A stretch of DNA of 64,000 nt from positions 196,149 to 260,148 of IMG/VR virus record IMGVR_UViG_3300043399_000272; one strand, 5' to 3'. A program made the position numbers and the translations under genes. The notes under the pieces are model-generated. The model did no database searches. It worked only from the letters and a program-made list of their open reading frames with translations, and was not told the DNA's origin. Shown piece by piece: positions 48,235-57,396 of the stretch (position 1 is the stretch's first letter; each line of letters opens with the position of its first letter).

Positions 48235-49017
48235 ATGACCGATTATTACCAAACTTTGGGTGTAGCGAAAAATGCTACACCGCAAGACATTAAAAAGGCA
48301 TACCGTCGTTTAGCAGGAATACACCATCCAGACAAAGGCGGTGACACTTCCAAGTTCCAAGAAATCCAAACAGCATATGAAACGTTGAGCGATCCAAAAA
48401 AGAGACAAGAGTACGACAACCCTAGTTCGTTTGGTCCTTTCAATGATCGGCACGGGTTCCATTTTAACTTTAATGGGTTTAACATTAATGATCTTTTCGG
48501 AGCAGCGTTTAGTCAAGGATTCAGACAACCTCAAATGCCTAGTTACCGCACGACTGTACTGGTTACTTTAGAACAAGCATATTCGGGTTCAGAACAAACA
48601 TTGCAATTCAATGCAGATGGGCAGCGACAAGTCGTAAAAATTCAAGTACCCAAAGGTGTCACTGATGGACAAACATTAAGGTATGAAAATCTTATTAAAA
48701 ATGCTATCTTACTAGTTGAATTTAGAATTCAGCCGCACCCTACATTCGAGCGTGACGGTTCTAATTTATATAGCATTCAAGATATCGATGTTTTGGATTT
48801 GATAATCGGAACTGAAATTAGATTTACTGCTATTTCGGGCAAAGTATTAACTGTAAAAGTGCCACCTAAAACACAGCCCGGTGCTAAGCTACGAATTCAA
48901 AATGAGGGGATGCCAGTTAATAATGGTTTCGGAGACCAATATATCTTGCTAAAACCGTTCATACCTGATAAAATAGACAATCGAATTATTGATAGCATTT
49001 TGCAATCAAGAGCCTGA
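48235..49017 (+). CDS. DnaJ/CbpA-type J-domain co-chaperone (no Zn finger)
   Basis: DYYQTLGV, HPDK, G/F region, DnaJ C-terminal domain. Confidence 0.92.
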   Translation: MTDYYQTLGVAKNATPQDIKKAYRRLAGIHHPDKGGDTSKFQEIQTAYETLSDPKKRQEYDNPSSFGPFNDRHGFHFNFNGFNINDLFGAAFSQGFRQPQMPSYRTTVLVTLEQAYSGSEQTLQFNADGQRQVVKIQVPKGVTDGQTLRYENLIKNAILLVEFRIQPHPTFERDGSNLYSIQDIDVLDLIIGTEIRFTAISGKVLTVKVPPKTQPGAKLRIQNEGMPVNNGFGDQYILLKPFIPDKIDNRIIDSILQSRA

Positions 49018-49042
49018 GTGAGACATTATTTAAAGGAAGTTT

Positions 49043-51316
49043 ATGAATTCACCCGAAATTGAAGTAATTATTGAGCAAGCATTAAATTTGGCTAAAGAGA
49101 GGTCACACAAGTATTGTACACTTGAACATTTATTGCTTGCACTGATTACTCATCAGCCCTTTAAAAAGTGCTTAGATAGTTTTGGTGCAGATGTTGAAAC
49201 ACTAACCAAAGAAGTTACTCATTATATTGACACACTACATGCCATTGTAGTTGATGTTAGTAACGGAGAAGAAGTGCATCCTCGCAAAACTAATTCTCTC
49301 GAAAGAGTCATGAACCGAAGCATTACACAAGTATTGTTTACTGGTCGTAAAATGGTAACTACTATTGATTTGTATCTGAGTATTTCTAGCGAAACCAACA
49401 GTCATGCACATTATTACTTGCTGAAATATGGTATCACAAAGCAAGAATTTGTAGCACACTGGCAAAAGAATTATAAAAATCAGGATGCAGAAACTAAACT
49501 TACTGATTCGCAAGCATCTGAAATTCTCGAAGAATACACAGTTAATCTTAGCGAACTTGCACGTAACCATAAACTAGAACCGCTTGTGGGTCGTAGTGAA
49601 GAACTGGACGACATTATAAATGTGCTAGCTAAGAGATTCAAATCAAACGTACTAATGGTGGGGGATCCAGGTGTAGGCAAGACCGCTATCGTAGAGGGAC
49701 TAGCACAGCGTATTGCTGATGGTAAAGTACCTGAGTTTCTTAAGGACCATGAAGTATATTCAGTAGAAGTAGGTAACTTGCTTGCAGGTTCAAAGTATCG
49801 TGGAGATTTCGAAGAAAAGATCAAAGTAATCATTGAAGCACTGATTACAAAGAAAAAGGCTGTGTTGTTTATCGATGAAGCACATACTATGAAAGGTAGC
49901 GGGTCTTCAAATAACGGCAGTGTTGACTTTGCTAATATGATTAAGCCTGCAATCACAAAGGGTAATTTGAAAGTTATCGCAAGCACTACATGGGAAGAAT
50001 TCTATGAGTCCTTCGAAAAGGATCGTGCATTGATGCGTAGATTCTATCGTGTGGGTGTAGATGAACCTGATCGTGATTCTACGGTTCGCATTTTGACAGG
50101 GTTAAGTACTCGGTTGAATGACTTCCATGATGTGGATATTTCTCCTGACGCTATCACTGCGGCAGTAGATAGCGCAATTAGGTATTTGCATGACCGTAAA
50201 AACCCTGATAAGTCTATCGACTTGCTAGACGCCGCATGTGCAAAACAGCGTGTAGCTGATAACAAGGGTGCAGTCATTACTAAAGAAATGGTGTATGACC
50301 AAGTTGAACGTATTGCAGGAGTTCCAGCAGATAAACTCAAGGATCAAACAGTTGATAAGATTCAACTATTGGAATCTAATATCAAAGATAAATTGTATGG
50401 GCAAGAAGATACGGTAGATAAAGTTTTGGAACGTATTTATGTTAGCTTTGCTGGCATCGGAAATCAAAGTAAACCTATTGCAAGTTTCTTATTCTTGGGC
50501 CCTACTGGTACTGGTAAAACAGAATTGGCTAGACTGTTAAGTAAGAACCTAGATATGCCGCTAATCAAATATGACATGTCTGAATATTCTGAGAAATTCA
50601 ACGTTAGTGCTTTGCTAGGTGCACCTCCCGGATATGTTGGGTTTGGAGAAGGTAGTCTTGGTGGCGGCAAACTAATTAACGACTTGAGTAAAAATCCGCA
50701 CTCTATCTTGTTGTTTGATGAAGTAGAAAAAGCACACCCTGATATCTTTAATATTTTCTTGCAATTGCTTGACGACGGTAAAGTTACTGGTACTAATGGT
50801 AAGTCAGTAAATGCAAAGAACTGTATTGTTATTATGACTAGTAACTTGGGAAGTCAAGATGCAGAAAGAAACAATATTGGCTTTGGCAGTCAAGAAAAAT
50901 CAGGTGAAGATGATAAAGCCTTGAAGGACTTCTTCAAGCCTGAATTCAGAAATCGTATTGACTTGATTTGTAAATTCGGTAAACTTGATATGCTAGCAAT
51001 CAAGAAAATTGTCATTAAATTTACTGATGATTTGAAGAAGTCATTGAAAGATACCCATGATATTACTCTTAATTTGCGTGAATCAGTTGTTGAATATCTC
51101 GCTGAAAAGGGTTATGATAAGAAGATGGGTGCAAGACCACTGGCTCGAAAGATCGATGAATTGATTAGGGTTCCATTGTCAAAGAAGATTCTTTTTGAAC
51201 GTATTAAAAACGCAACTATTAACGTTAGCGTCGGGGATGATGACAAGATTGAATTCGAAATTCAACAAAAATTAACTGCTACGGTGAATGAAGATGGGAT
51301 TATTGAAGTCAGTTGA
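49043..51316 (+). CDS. clpA: ATP-dependent Clp protease ATPase subunit
   Basis: Clp N-domain, GDPGVGKT and GPTGTGKT AAA+ modules, IGF ClpP-docking loop, GARPL. Confidence 0.92.
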   Translation: MNSPEIEVIIEQALNLAKERSHKYCTLEHLLLALITHQPFKKCLDSFGADVETLTKEVTHYIDTLHAIVVDVSNGEEVHPRKTNSLERVMNRSITQVLFTGRKMVTTIDLYLSISSETNSHAHYYLLKYGITKQEFVAHWQKNYKNQDAETKLTDSQASEILEEYTVNLSELARNHKLEPLVGRSEELDDIINVLAKRFKSNVLMVGDPGVGKTAIVEGLAQRIADGKVPEFLKDHEVYSVEVGNLLAGSKYRGDFEEKIKVIIEALITKKKAVLFIDEAHTMKGSGSSNNGSVDFANMIKPAITKGNLKVIASTTWEEFYESFEKDRALMRRFYRVGVDEPDRDSTVRILTGLSTRLNDFHDVDISPDAITAAVDSAIRYLHDRKNPDKSIDLLDAACAKQRVADNKGAVITKEMVYDQVERIAGVPADKLKDQTVDKIQLLESNIKDKLYGQEDTVDKVLERIYVSFAGIGNQSKPIASFLFLGPTGTGKTELARLLSKNLDMPLIKYDMSEYSEKFNVSALLGAPPGYVGFGEGSLGGGKLINDLSKNPHSILLFDEVEKAHPDIFNIFLQLLDDGKVTGTNGKSVNAKNCIVIMTSNLGSQDAERNNIGFGSQEKSGEDDKALKDFFKPEFRNRIDLICKFGKLDMLAIKKIVIKFTDDLKKSLKDTHDITLNLRESVVEYLAEKGYDKKMGARPLARKIDELIRVPLSKKILFERIKNATINVSVGDDDKIEFEIQQKLTATVNEDGIIEVS

Positions 51317-52016
51317 TGATGTTCCTGGTATTAATTATTACGAATACCGTGATAATTTATACTACAACAATTATGAATATCGTTTGAGGGCAACAATACC
51401 GTGTATTAAATATACTTGGTATTGTAAGAATCCCGAAGAACTGGATAAAAAAATTGAGGGCAAATTCAATAGATATGGCAATGTTCGTAAAGAAGATAAG
51501 CAAGATGTTATTGATAACTTACCGGCTTTAAAGTTTATAGTCAAATTACAAAAAGAAAAAAAGAAAAAGCAAATTGGTATTCGTATTGAAAGTGAAACAA
51601 TTGCGGTTTTTTCTAATGATATAGCTATTCTAAAAGATATTGCTACGGAATTAGGAACTCGATATAAATGTAACTACACTCAGGTAAAAACAAGTCAATA
51701 TGCTGGTATCAAACATTTTGTAAATGATCCTCCCCATAAATACCGTGTATATTTGAAGTCAAAGCGAGTAGAAGATAACTTTCACATTGAATTTCGTAAA
51801 ATGTGTGAAAGGCAACCAGGACTACACCCTAGTCCTGCTCTTAAAAGATGGTTGTACAACGACGGAAAACGCTATGGAATCTGGTATTTCCGTTGGGCTA
51901 GTTCAGCACATTTTATTGATTATGACGATGAAAGTACACTCAGTTACCTAGCACTTATGTACGGCGAAATCTTAGGTAAAAAGTACAAATTAGAAAAGCG
52001 TCCTGATAATATCTAA
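51288..52016 (+). CDS. hypothetical protein
   Basis: 242-aa operonic ORF. Confidence 0.7.
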   Translation: MKMGLLKSVDDVPGINYYEYRDNLYYNNYEYRLRATIPCIKYTWYCKNPEELDKKIEGKFNRYGNVRKEDKQDVIDNLPALKFIVKLQKEKKKKQIGIRIESETIAVFSNDIAILKDIATELGTRYKCNYTQVKTSQYAGIKHFVNDPPHKYRVYLKSKRVEDNFHIEFRKMCERQPGLHPSPALKRWLYNDGKRYGIWYFRWASSAHFIDYDDESTLSYLALMYGEILGKKYKLEKRPDNI

Positions 52017-52022
52017 AAGTGA

Positions 52023-52050
52023 TAAATACTCTATTACTATAGGGTATTTA
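52023..52050 (+). promoter_or_regulatory. SD-occluding hairpin overlapping a late promoter
   Basis: TAAATACTCTAT-TACT-ATAGGGTATTTA; GATAAATA at 52021-52028. Confidence 0.65.
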
Positions 52051-52052
52051 CC

Positions 52053-52220
52053 ATGGCAAAGATTGTAGAAGACGTATTAGTCGTTAAATTCAGCAAAATC
52101 GTTAAAGATGCAGACGCAGATAATGGTGGTTTAGTCAATAATGACATTCAAGCAGCATTAGAGCAAGTCGCCCAAGAATTAGTGGGTGACGGTGTCGTTG
52201 TAGAAGTGGAACGAGCATAA
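52053..52220 (+). CDS. small hypothetical late protein (55 aa, not in the ORF track)
   Basis: MAKIVEDVLVVKFSK...VVEVERA*; TAATG overlap with the next gene. Confidence 0.7.
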   Translation: MAKIVEDVLVVKFSKIVKDADADNGGLVNNDIQAALEQVAQELVGDGVVVEVERA

Positions 52221-52576
52221 TGTCACAAGCCACTACATTAATACTATTACCACAGACTTACTACCAAAATAACAACGTAAATGTTGTGGGTGAGAAGGTA
52301 CAAGCTGCTGCGTATTATTTAGGTAATCAAGATTTACAAACTTTAAGCTGGAGTCTTAATTCGTTTTACGGAGTCATAGACATTCAAGCCACACTTGCAT
52401 CAGACCCAACTGCAAATTCTGATTGGTTCAACGTTCATCAGATTTCAGGCAACAATACTACTACAAATAGTTTTGCAAACTTAACTGGTAATTATGTTTG
52501 GCTAAGAGCGAAAGTTAGTTTTAATAACAGCACCGGAAATCCAGGTGTAATTCAATACGTTAAAGTGAGTTATTAA
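52220..52576 (+). CDS. putative beta-sandwich virion protein
   Basis: G.IDIQATL..P...DWF...GNYVWLRA; resembles the C-terminus of 7295-8065. Confidence 0.55.
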   Translation: MSQATTLILLPQTYYQNNNVNVVGEKVQAAAYYLGNQDLQTLSWSLNSFYGVIDIQATLASDPTANSDWFNVHQISGNNTTTNSFANLTGNYVWLRAKVSFNNSTGNPGVIQYVKVSY

Positions 52577-52577
52577 T

Positions 52578-53339
52578 ATGAAATTGTTTGAGGGCGGAAA
52601 CATTTGGCCTGATGTTGTAACTAATTTTGATCCAGGTGTAGTTGGGAAACCACTCACCGCCGCCACACAAAAATATCTAGAACCATTAGGTGCAACAGTT
52701 CACACAATAGGTAGCGCATGGAAGCCTAGATTTGATAAAGACGGCAACGTTGTTCCTAGCAATGACTTAGATGCTATGGTCGATCTTGCTGAATTACAAA
52801 AAGCATTTAACACTACTGATGCTAAAACAACAAGACAAGCATTAGATGATTATCTACAGAAACAAGGTCTAAAGACTTATAAAGCAGGGGTAACAGTTCA
52901 CACTAGAATGCCGTTAGGTGGAAAGTTTTATCAAGCTGACTTAAAGGTTGTACCGAACGCAGCCAAAGTTGCACAATTTCATAGACACGAAATACCTCAA
53001 GGCAGTCAATACAAAGGTGTCAACAAGCAACTTGTAATGAACGCACTTGCTAGCAGTCAACGTATGCTATGGAGTCCCGATGAAGGATTGTATGCAAGAG
53101 ATGCTAATGGTAAGAAAGCTGAATTATTAAGTGATGACTGGGATACGATTGCTCAGTATTTACTAGGCAAAGGTGCAACAGGAAATGATTTAGGCAGTGT
53201 TGAATCTATCATGGCAAAGATTCCTGATCCTAAGCGTAGAGAAGAAATAATGAATATGGCACGTTCAGGTCATAGTTGGCAAGCTGCAACTCCTAATGTG
53301 ACTGAATGGTTCCGTAGAGCAATGGATATGTTAAAATGA
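52578..53339 (+). CDS. Pol-beta-superfamily nucleotidyltransferase-like protein
   Basis: TIGS...SNDLDAMV, third Asp in YQADL; MKLFEG N-terminus. Confidence 0.6.
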   Translation: MKLFEGGNIWPDVVTNFDPGVVGKPLTAATQKYLEPLGATVHTIGSAWKPRFDKDGNVVPSNDLDAMVDLAELQKAFNTTDAKTTRQALDDYLQKQGLKTYKAGVTVHTRMPLGGKFYQADLKVVPNAAKVAQFHRHEIPQGSQYKGVNKQLVMNALASSQRMLWSPDEGLYARDANGKKAELLSDDWDTIAQYLLGKGATGNDLGSVESIMAKIPDPKRREEIMNMARSGHSWQAATPNVTEWFRRAMDMLK

Positions 53340-54460
53340 AAATTCAAACACTATTAGAAGCTGCTGGACAAGTTGGGCGTAAGTATCAACACATTGAAGA
53401 TTTAGTAATAGCTAATGGTAGTGCAGGTGGACTACATGCAGTTGAACGCATGAAGCACATGGTTGACAATTACGATTCAATTGAACTTAAGTGGGACGGT
53501 ATGCCAGTAGTATACTGGGGCCGTGATGAAAAAGGTGTCTTTAGAATGATTCCTAAGAATGCTTGGGCTTACTTAAAGTCAGGCAAGACACAAACTAGTT
53601 CAGGTGCAAGTACAATCATGAACAGCCCCGATGACGTTTATAAATTTGTTATGGGCACAGGAGACGGTGGAGAAGGTCGTGCAGGATTTGCAAAGCAATT
53701 TGCTAGCTTGTGGCCACTGTTCGAAAAGATAAGCCCTAAGCAAGGCTTCCTTGAAGGTGGTTTATTATTCTTCCCTGGTTCAATGCCTGTAGTTAATAAA
53801 AACACAAATACATACGATTTCAAACCTAATATTACTACATTCCATGTACCAGTAGATAGCAATTTGGGTAAGCGCATTGCTAATGCTAAGATGATGGTTG
53901 CTGCCACTGGTTACTATACACAGATGGGTTCAAGTGATGAACAGCGTTATCCGGATGCACAGAAACTAAGCACACCTGATGTTATTGTACAAGGCACAAC
54001 GTATGTTGAAGAAATGCCAGGTGTTAGCACAGCAGGTCTAGACAGAATTGAACAGTTCATAAGGACAAACGCTCAAAAAATTGACAACTACTTAGCACCT
54101 AAGAAGGGATTAAGTAATCCAGGTGGTGAGTTATACACTTATCTAAATAAACATTTACGCACAACAGGTCTGTTGAAAGACTTTCCTGCTTGGGCACAAC
54201 AGAATTTAAGTGCAGGTAAAGCACAAGCAATGTTAGCAGATACTGAAGGGTTAAAAGCTACATTGGGAGCAGTAGAAGCATTGTCTAATGAAAAGATGAA
54301 GATTATCAAGTCATTAAGTTTGGGACTTCACGGTGGTATCATGCAAACTAATCCTGAAGGATACGCACAAGCACATCCTGAGATTAATTTCAAGTATGAT
54401 CTGCCTGGACAATTCTTAAAACTTATTGACCAACTAAATTGGAAGCCAAGAGCATTATGA
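53336..54460 (+). CDS. ATP-grasp ligase/nucleotidyltransferase-like protein (KxDG)
   Basis: HIED, ELKWDG.P, F.PN, PEGY, LKLID. Confidence 0.55.
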   Translation: MKIQTLLEAAGQVGRKYQHIEDLVIANGSAGGLHAVERMKHMVDNYDSIELKWDGMPVVYWGRDEKGVFRMIPKNAWAYLKSGKTQTSSGASTIMNSPDDVYKFVMGTGDGGEGRAGFAKQFASLWPLFEKISPKQGFLEGGLLFFPGSMPVVNKNTNTYDFKPNITTFHVPVDSNLGKRIANAKMMVAATGYYTQMGSSDEQRYPDAQKLSTPDVIVQGTTYVEEMPGVSTAGLDRIEQFIRTNAQKIDNYLAPKKGLSNPGGELYTYLNKHLRTTGLLKDFPAWAQQNLSAGKAQAMLADTEGLKATLGAVEALSNEKMKIIKSLSLGLHGGIMQTNPEGYAQAHPEINFKYDLPGQFLKLIDQLNWKPRAL

Positions 54461-56301
54461 AACGTACAGGGAACAGCAAAGTAGCAGTAGTAGGTTGGGG
54501 CCGTGGAATGGGCCATACTGGTCATATGTATCTAGCTGATGCAGTGATTCAACAAGCGGCCGATATGAAAGCTGACCCTTATTTCTTTATTAGCAAAACA
54601 GTTGGTAAAGATGATCCCATCTATCCAGAAGAAAAAGTAAAAATCTATCAAGCTGTATTCCCTAAATACGCAAACATCTTCATGCCTCAAGGTAACTTGA
54701 ATCAAGCGTTAACAGACTTATCTCAATTAGGTTATGACGGTGTCGTAGTTGTCGTCGGTGCAGATCAAAAACAAGCATTTCAATACTTAGAGAAACCAAA
54801 CAAAGAAGGTGTACCTGTATACCAAACAATGGGATTCAAAAAGCTAAGAGTTATTAGTAGACAAGAAACCCGTAGTAAGTTTGCCAATGAAGAAGGCCCT
54901 CGTGCTACTCCAATGCGTGAGATTCTAATGAATCCAAATGCAAGTGAAGAAGATAAATTTGCAGTATGGCGTAGAGACATGCCAAAGAATTTACCTGATA
55001 AACAAGTGTTAGACTTGATGCAAAAAGCAGAACAGCGCATGAGAGCTATTCCAGTTAAGAATAAGAAACTTAAAGAGTTCATTACTAAATTACGTCCATT
55101 GCTTAAAGAAGCGAACACAGCACAAAGATTGAAAGTGTTAAAGTTAATCAAAGAATCAATGGCACACAAAATTGATGAGACATTAAATAGAGATGGATAT
55201 CATGTTAGCGTACAGAAAGGCAAGTTTATGCCTAGTAAGTTCGGAGAAGATAATTATAACTATTTACATGACTTAATGAATAGCAGCGAAAGCAGCGGTA
55301 GCCCTATGTTAGTCACCATTGATGATAAGAAACTTGCACGTGAAATTGCTGCAATGTACGGCGCTGATGTAGAAGAAACTGGTTTAGGAACATATAGAAT
55401 TGTTCAAAGAAAAGGCTCAACACCACAACAAGTTAAGACACCAGAGTTATCCACTGTAAATGAATTCGCACCCAGTGATGATAAAAGACCAGATGCTGAA
55501 TATGAAGTATATCTATGTTCAGGATTAGACGACCAATTTAAGTGGGAAGGTGATCCACTATTACGCACAAATAACTTAGGCAAAGCACACACTGTTGCTT
55601 ATGAACTATGGAAAAAACATCCCAACAGAATGTTTATGATTTGGCAAGACAAGACTCAAGGTAGTCGCGGTGGATATGGACCTAAGGGGTCTGTTCTTGA
55701 ACCTAGTGAAGAAGAATTGAATGAATTTGCAGCAGGTGGTGATTTCAAACCACCTGCTCCCCCAAAACAAAAAAGTAACGATCCTTGGGGCAATGATGAC
55801 CGTAGCAAGATTATACAAGCAGTTGGGCAATTATTAAAAGCCGGTAACAAAGTAGATTGGAAAGTCCCGGGACAAATGGGACATGTTGTTAGAGTTAGTG
55901 ATGACAGCGTAACAATGAAGCGTTGGGGCAAACCGTATAGCAAGATCCATTATTCGTTGATGCTTACAGACGACCAAGATGACAAATATGAAATTCAACT
56001 GGTCAAACCCGGCTATTACAAAGTTGTCACTTCAGATCCTGATTGGCAATTAGATGAAGGTCCATACGAGTATCAGCCACCGGGAGCCGGTGCTGCACAG
56101 ACAAATAATGTACTGCGTCAAATGAACCAAAATTCAGGTAAGTTTGTTTGGAAAAAGCCAAACCAAATCGGTGGAAGTTTTACTGAACAAGAATTATTAT
56201 CAAAAGGTTTTAAGAAATCACAATATAATTCTTGGGGCGGAACACAAGAAATGTGGAACCGTCTACTAAACATACGTGAAGATTACCTAGACGAAAAATA
56301 A
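54457..56301 (+). CDS. HxGH nucleotidyltransferase fused to a modular C-terminal tail
   Basis: GR...HTGH, DP...EK, VVGAD, RAT.MR, then modules bounded by NEFA and LDE. Confidence 0.65.
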   Translation: MKRTGNSKVAVVGWGRGMGHTGHMYLADAVIQQAADMKADPYFFISKTVGKDDPIYPEEKVKIYQAVFPKYANIFMPQGNLNQALTDLSQLGYDGVVVVVGADQKQAFQYLEKPNKEGVPVYQTMGFKKLRVISRQETRSKFANEEGPRATPMREILMNPNASEEDKFAVWRRDMPKNLPDKQVLDLMQKAEQRMRAIPVKNKKLKEFITKLRPLLKEANTAQRLKVLKLIKESMAHKIDETLNRDGYHVSVQKGKFMPSKFGEDNYNYLHDLMNSSESSGSPMLVTIDDKKLAREIAAMYGADVEETGLGTYRIVQRKGSTPQQVKTPELSTVNEFAPSDDKRPDAEYEVYLCSGLDDQFKWEGDPLLRTNNLGKAHTVAYELWKKHPNRMFMIWQDKTQGSRGGYGPKGSVLEPSEEELNEFAAGGDFKPPAPPKQKSNDPWGNDDRSKIIQAVGQLLKAGNKVDWKVPGQMGHVVRVSDDSVTMKRWGKPYSKIHYSLMLTDDQDDKYEIQLVKPGYYKVVTSDPDWQLDEGPYEYQPPGAGAAQTNNVLRQMNQNSGKFVWKKPNQIGGSFTEQELLSKGFKKSQYNSWGGTQEMWNRLLNIREDYLDEK

Positions 56302-56351
56302 TTCGCACCCTCGTTACTGATGTAAATATTTGCATCATTAATGAGGACCTT

Positions 56352-57338
56352 ATGGCAACAAAGAAAACAACCAAACCTGCTGCAAAAGCAGCTACTAAAG
56401 CAGTAAAATCTGTACCCGTCGAAAAGGTACAAGAAATCAAAGAAGAAGCACAACAAGCTCCTGCAACTCCTACTCCAGGACAAGTTCAAGTTAACGTAGA
56501 TTATCTACGAACAACTAAAGTTCATATCGCTATGCCCTGCTATGGTGGCATGTTGACTGAATCAACATTTATGAGTTTCATTAAATGGGCTAACACTGCC
56601 CGCCAGCTTGGTATCGACTGGACTCTCGAAACCATGGTAAATGAATCTCTCATCAGCCGTGCCCGTAATACATTAACTGCTAAATTCTTGGAACAAGAAG
56701 GTGCAACTCACTTGTTCTTTGTCGATGCTGATATCGGTTGGGAACCATGGCACTTGCTAGTTTTATTGAACCGTGATGTTGACGTTATCGGTGGTTTATA
56801 CCCAATGAAGACTATGCCCATTAAGTGGGTTGTTAATGGATTCGAGGGTGCAGAAGAAGGTCCTGACGGACTACAAGAAGTTTCTAAAGCGGGTACTGGA
56901 TTCTTGCTAATGAAGCGTCATGTATTTGAAAAGATGAACAGTCACCCTGCTGTTAAGCAATATAAGAACGATATTGGTCTAGATCCTAAGTACGACAAGC
57001 ACTTGAAGACATATTTTGACACTGCTGTTCGTCAAAGTCGTTACTACAGTGAAGACTGGACTTTCTGTGAAAACTGGCGTGATTTAGGTGGTAAAATCTA
57101 CGTTGACAAGCGTGTATTACTACGCCACAGCGGTTCTTATGTATTCTGTATGGAAAATCAAGACAGTCTATTGAATACAATTGGTCCGATGTATGTTGAA
57201 GAATTGAAGAAGAAGCAAGCGCAGGTTCCTGCAGTAGCGACTCCTGTTGATGCTAAATCTGTTAAGAAACCAACAAAAGCTCCAGCAAAGACCCCAGCAA
57301 AAGCAACTAAGAAAGCTGCTAGCAAAAAGACTGGTTAA
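56352..57338 (+). CDS. GT-A fold glycosyltransferase with K/A/P-rich termini
   Basis: IAMPCYGG, ESLISRARN, FVDADI, GTGFLL, SEDW.FC. Confidence 0.8.
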   Translation: MATKKTTKPAAKAATKAVKSVPVEKVQEIKEEAQQAPATPTPGQVQVNVDYLRTTKVHIAMPCYGGMLTESTFMSFIKWANTARQLGIDWTLETMVNESLISRARNTLTAKFLEQEGATHLFFVDADIGWEPWHLLVLLNRDVDVIGGLYPMKTMPIKWVVNGFEGAEEGPDGLQEVSKAGTGFLLMKRHVFEKMNSHPAVKQYKNDIGLDPKYDKHLKTYFDTAVRQSRYYSEDWTFCENWRDLGGKIYVDKRVLLRHSGSYVFCMENQDSLLNTIGPMYVEELKKKQAQVPAVATPVDAKSVKKPTKAPAKTPAKATKKAASKKTG

Positions 57339-57356
57339 AGTTATCTAACCTTAACG

Positions 57357-57384
57357 AAGAGGCTGTCATATGACAGCCTCTTTT
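57357..57384 (+). terminator. Rho-independent terminator
   Basis: AAGAGGCTGTCA/TGACAGCCTCTT plus TT, immediately followed by CATAAATA. Confidence 0.8.
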
Positions 57385-57396
57385 CATAAATACATT

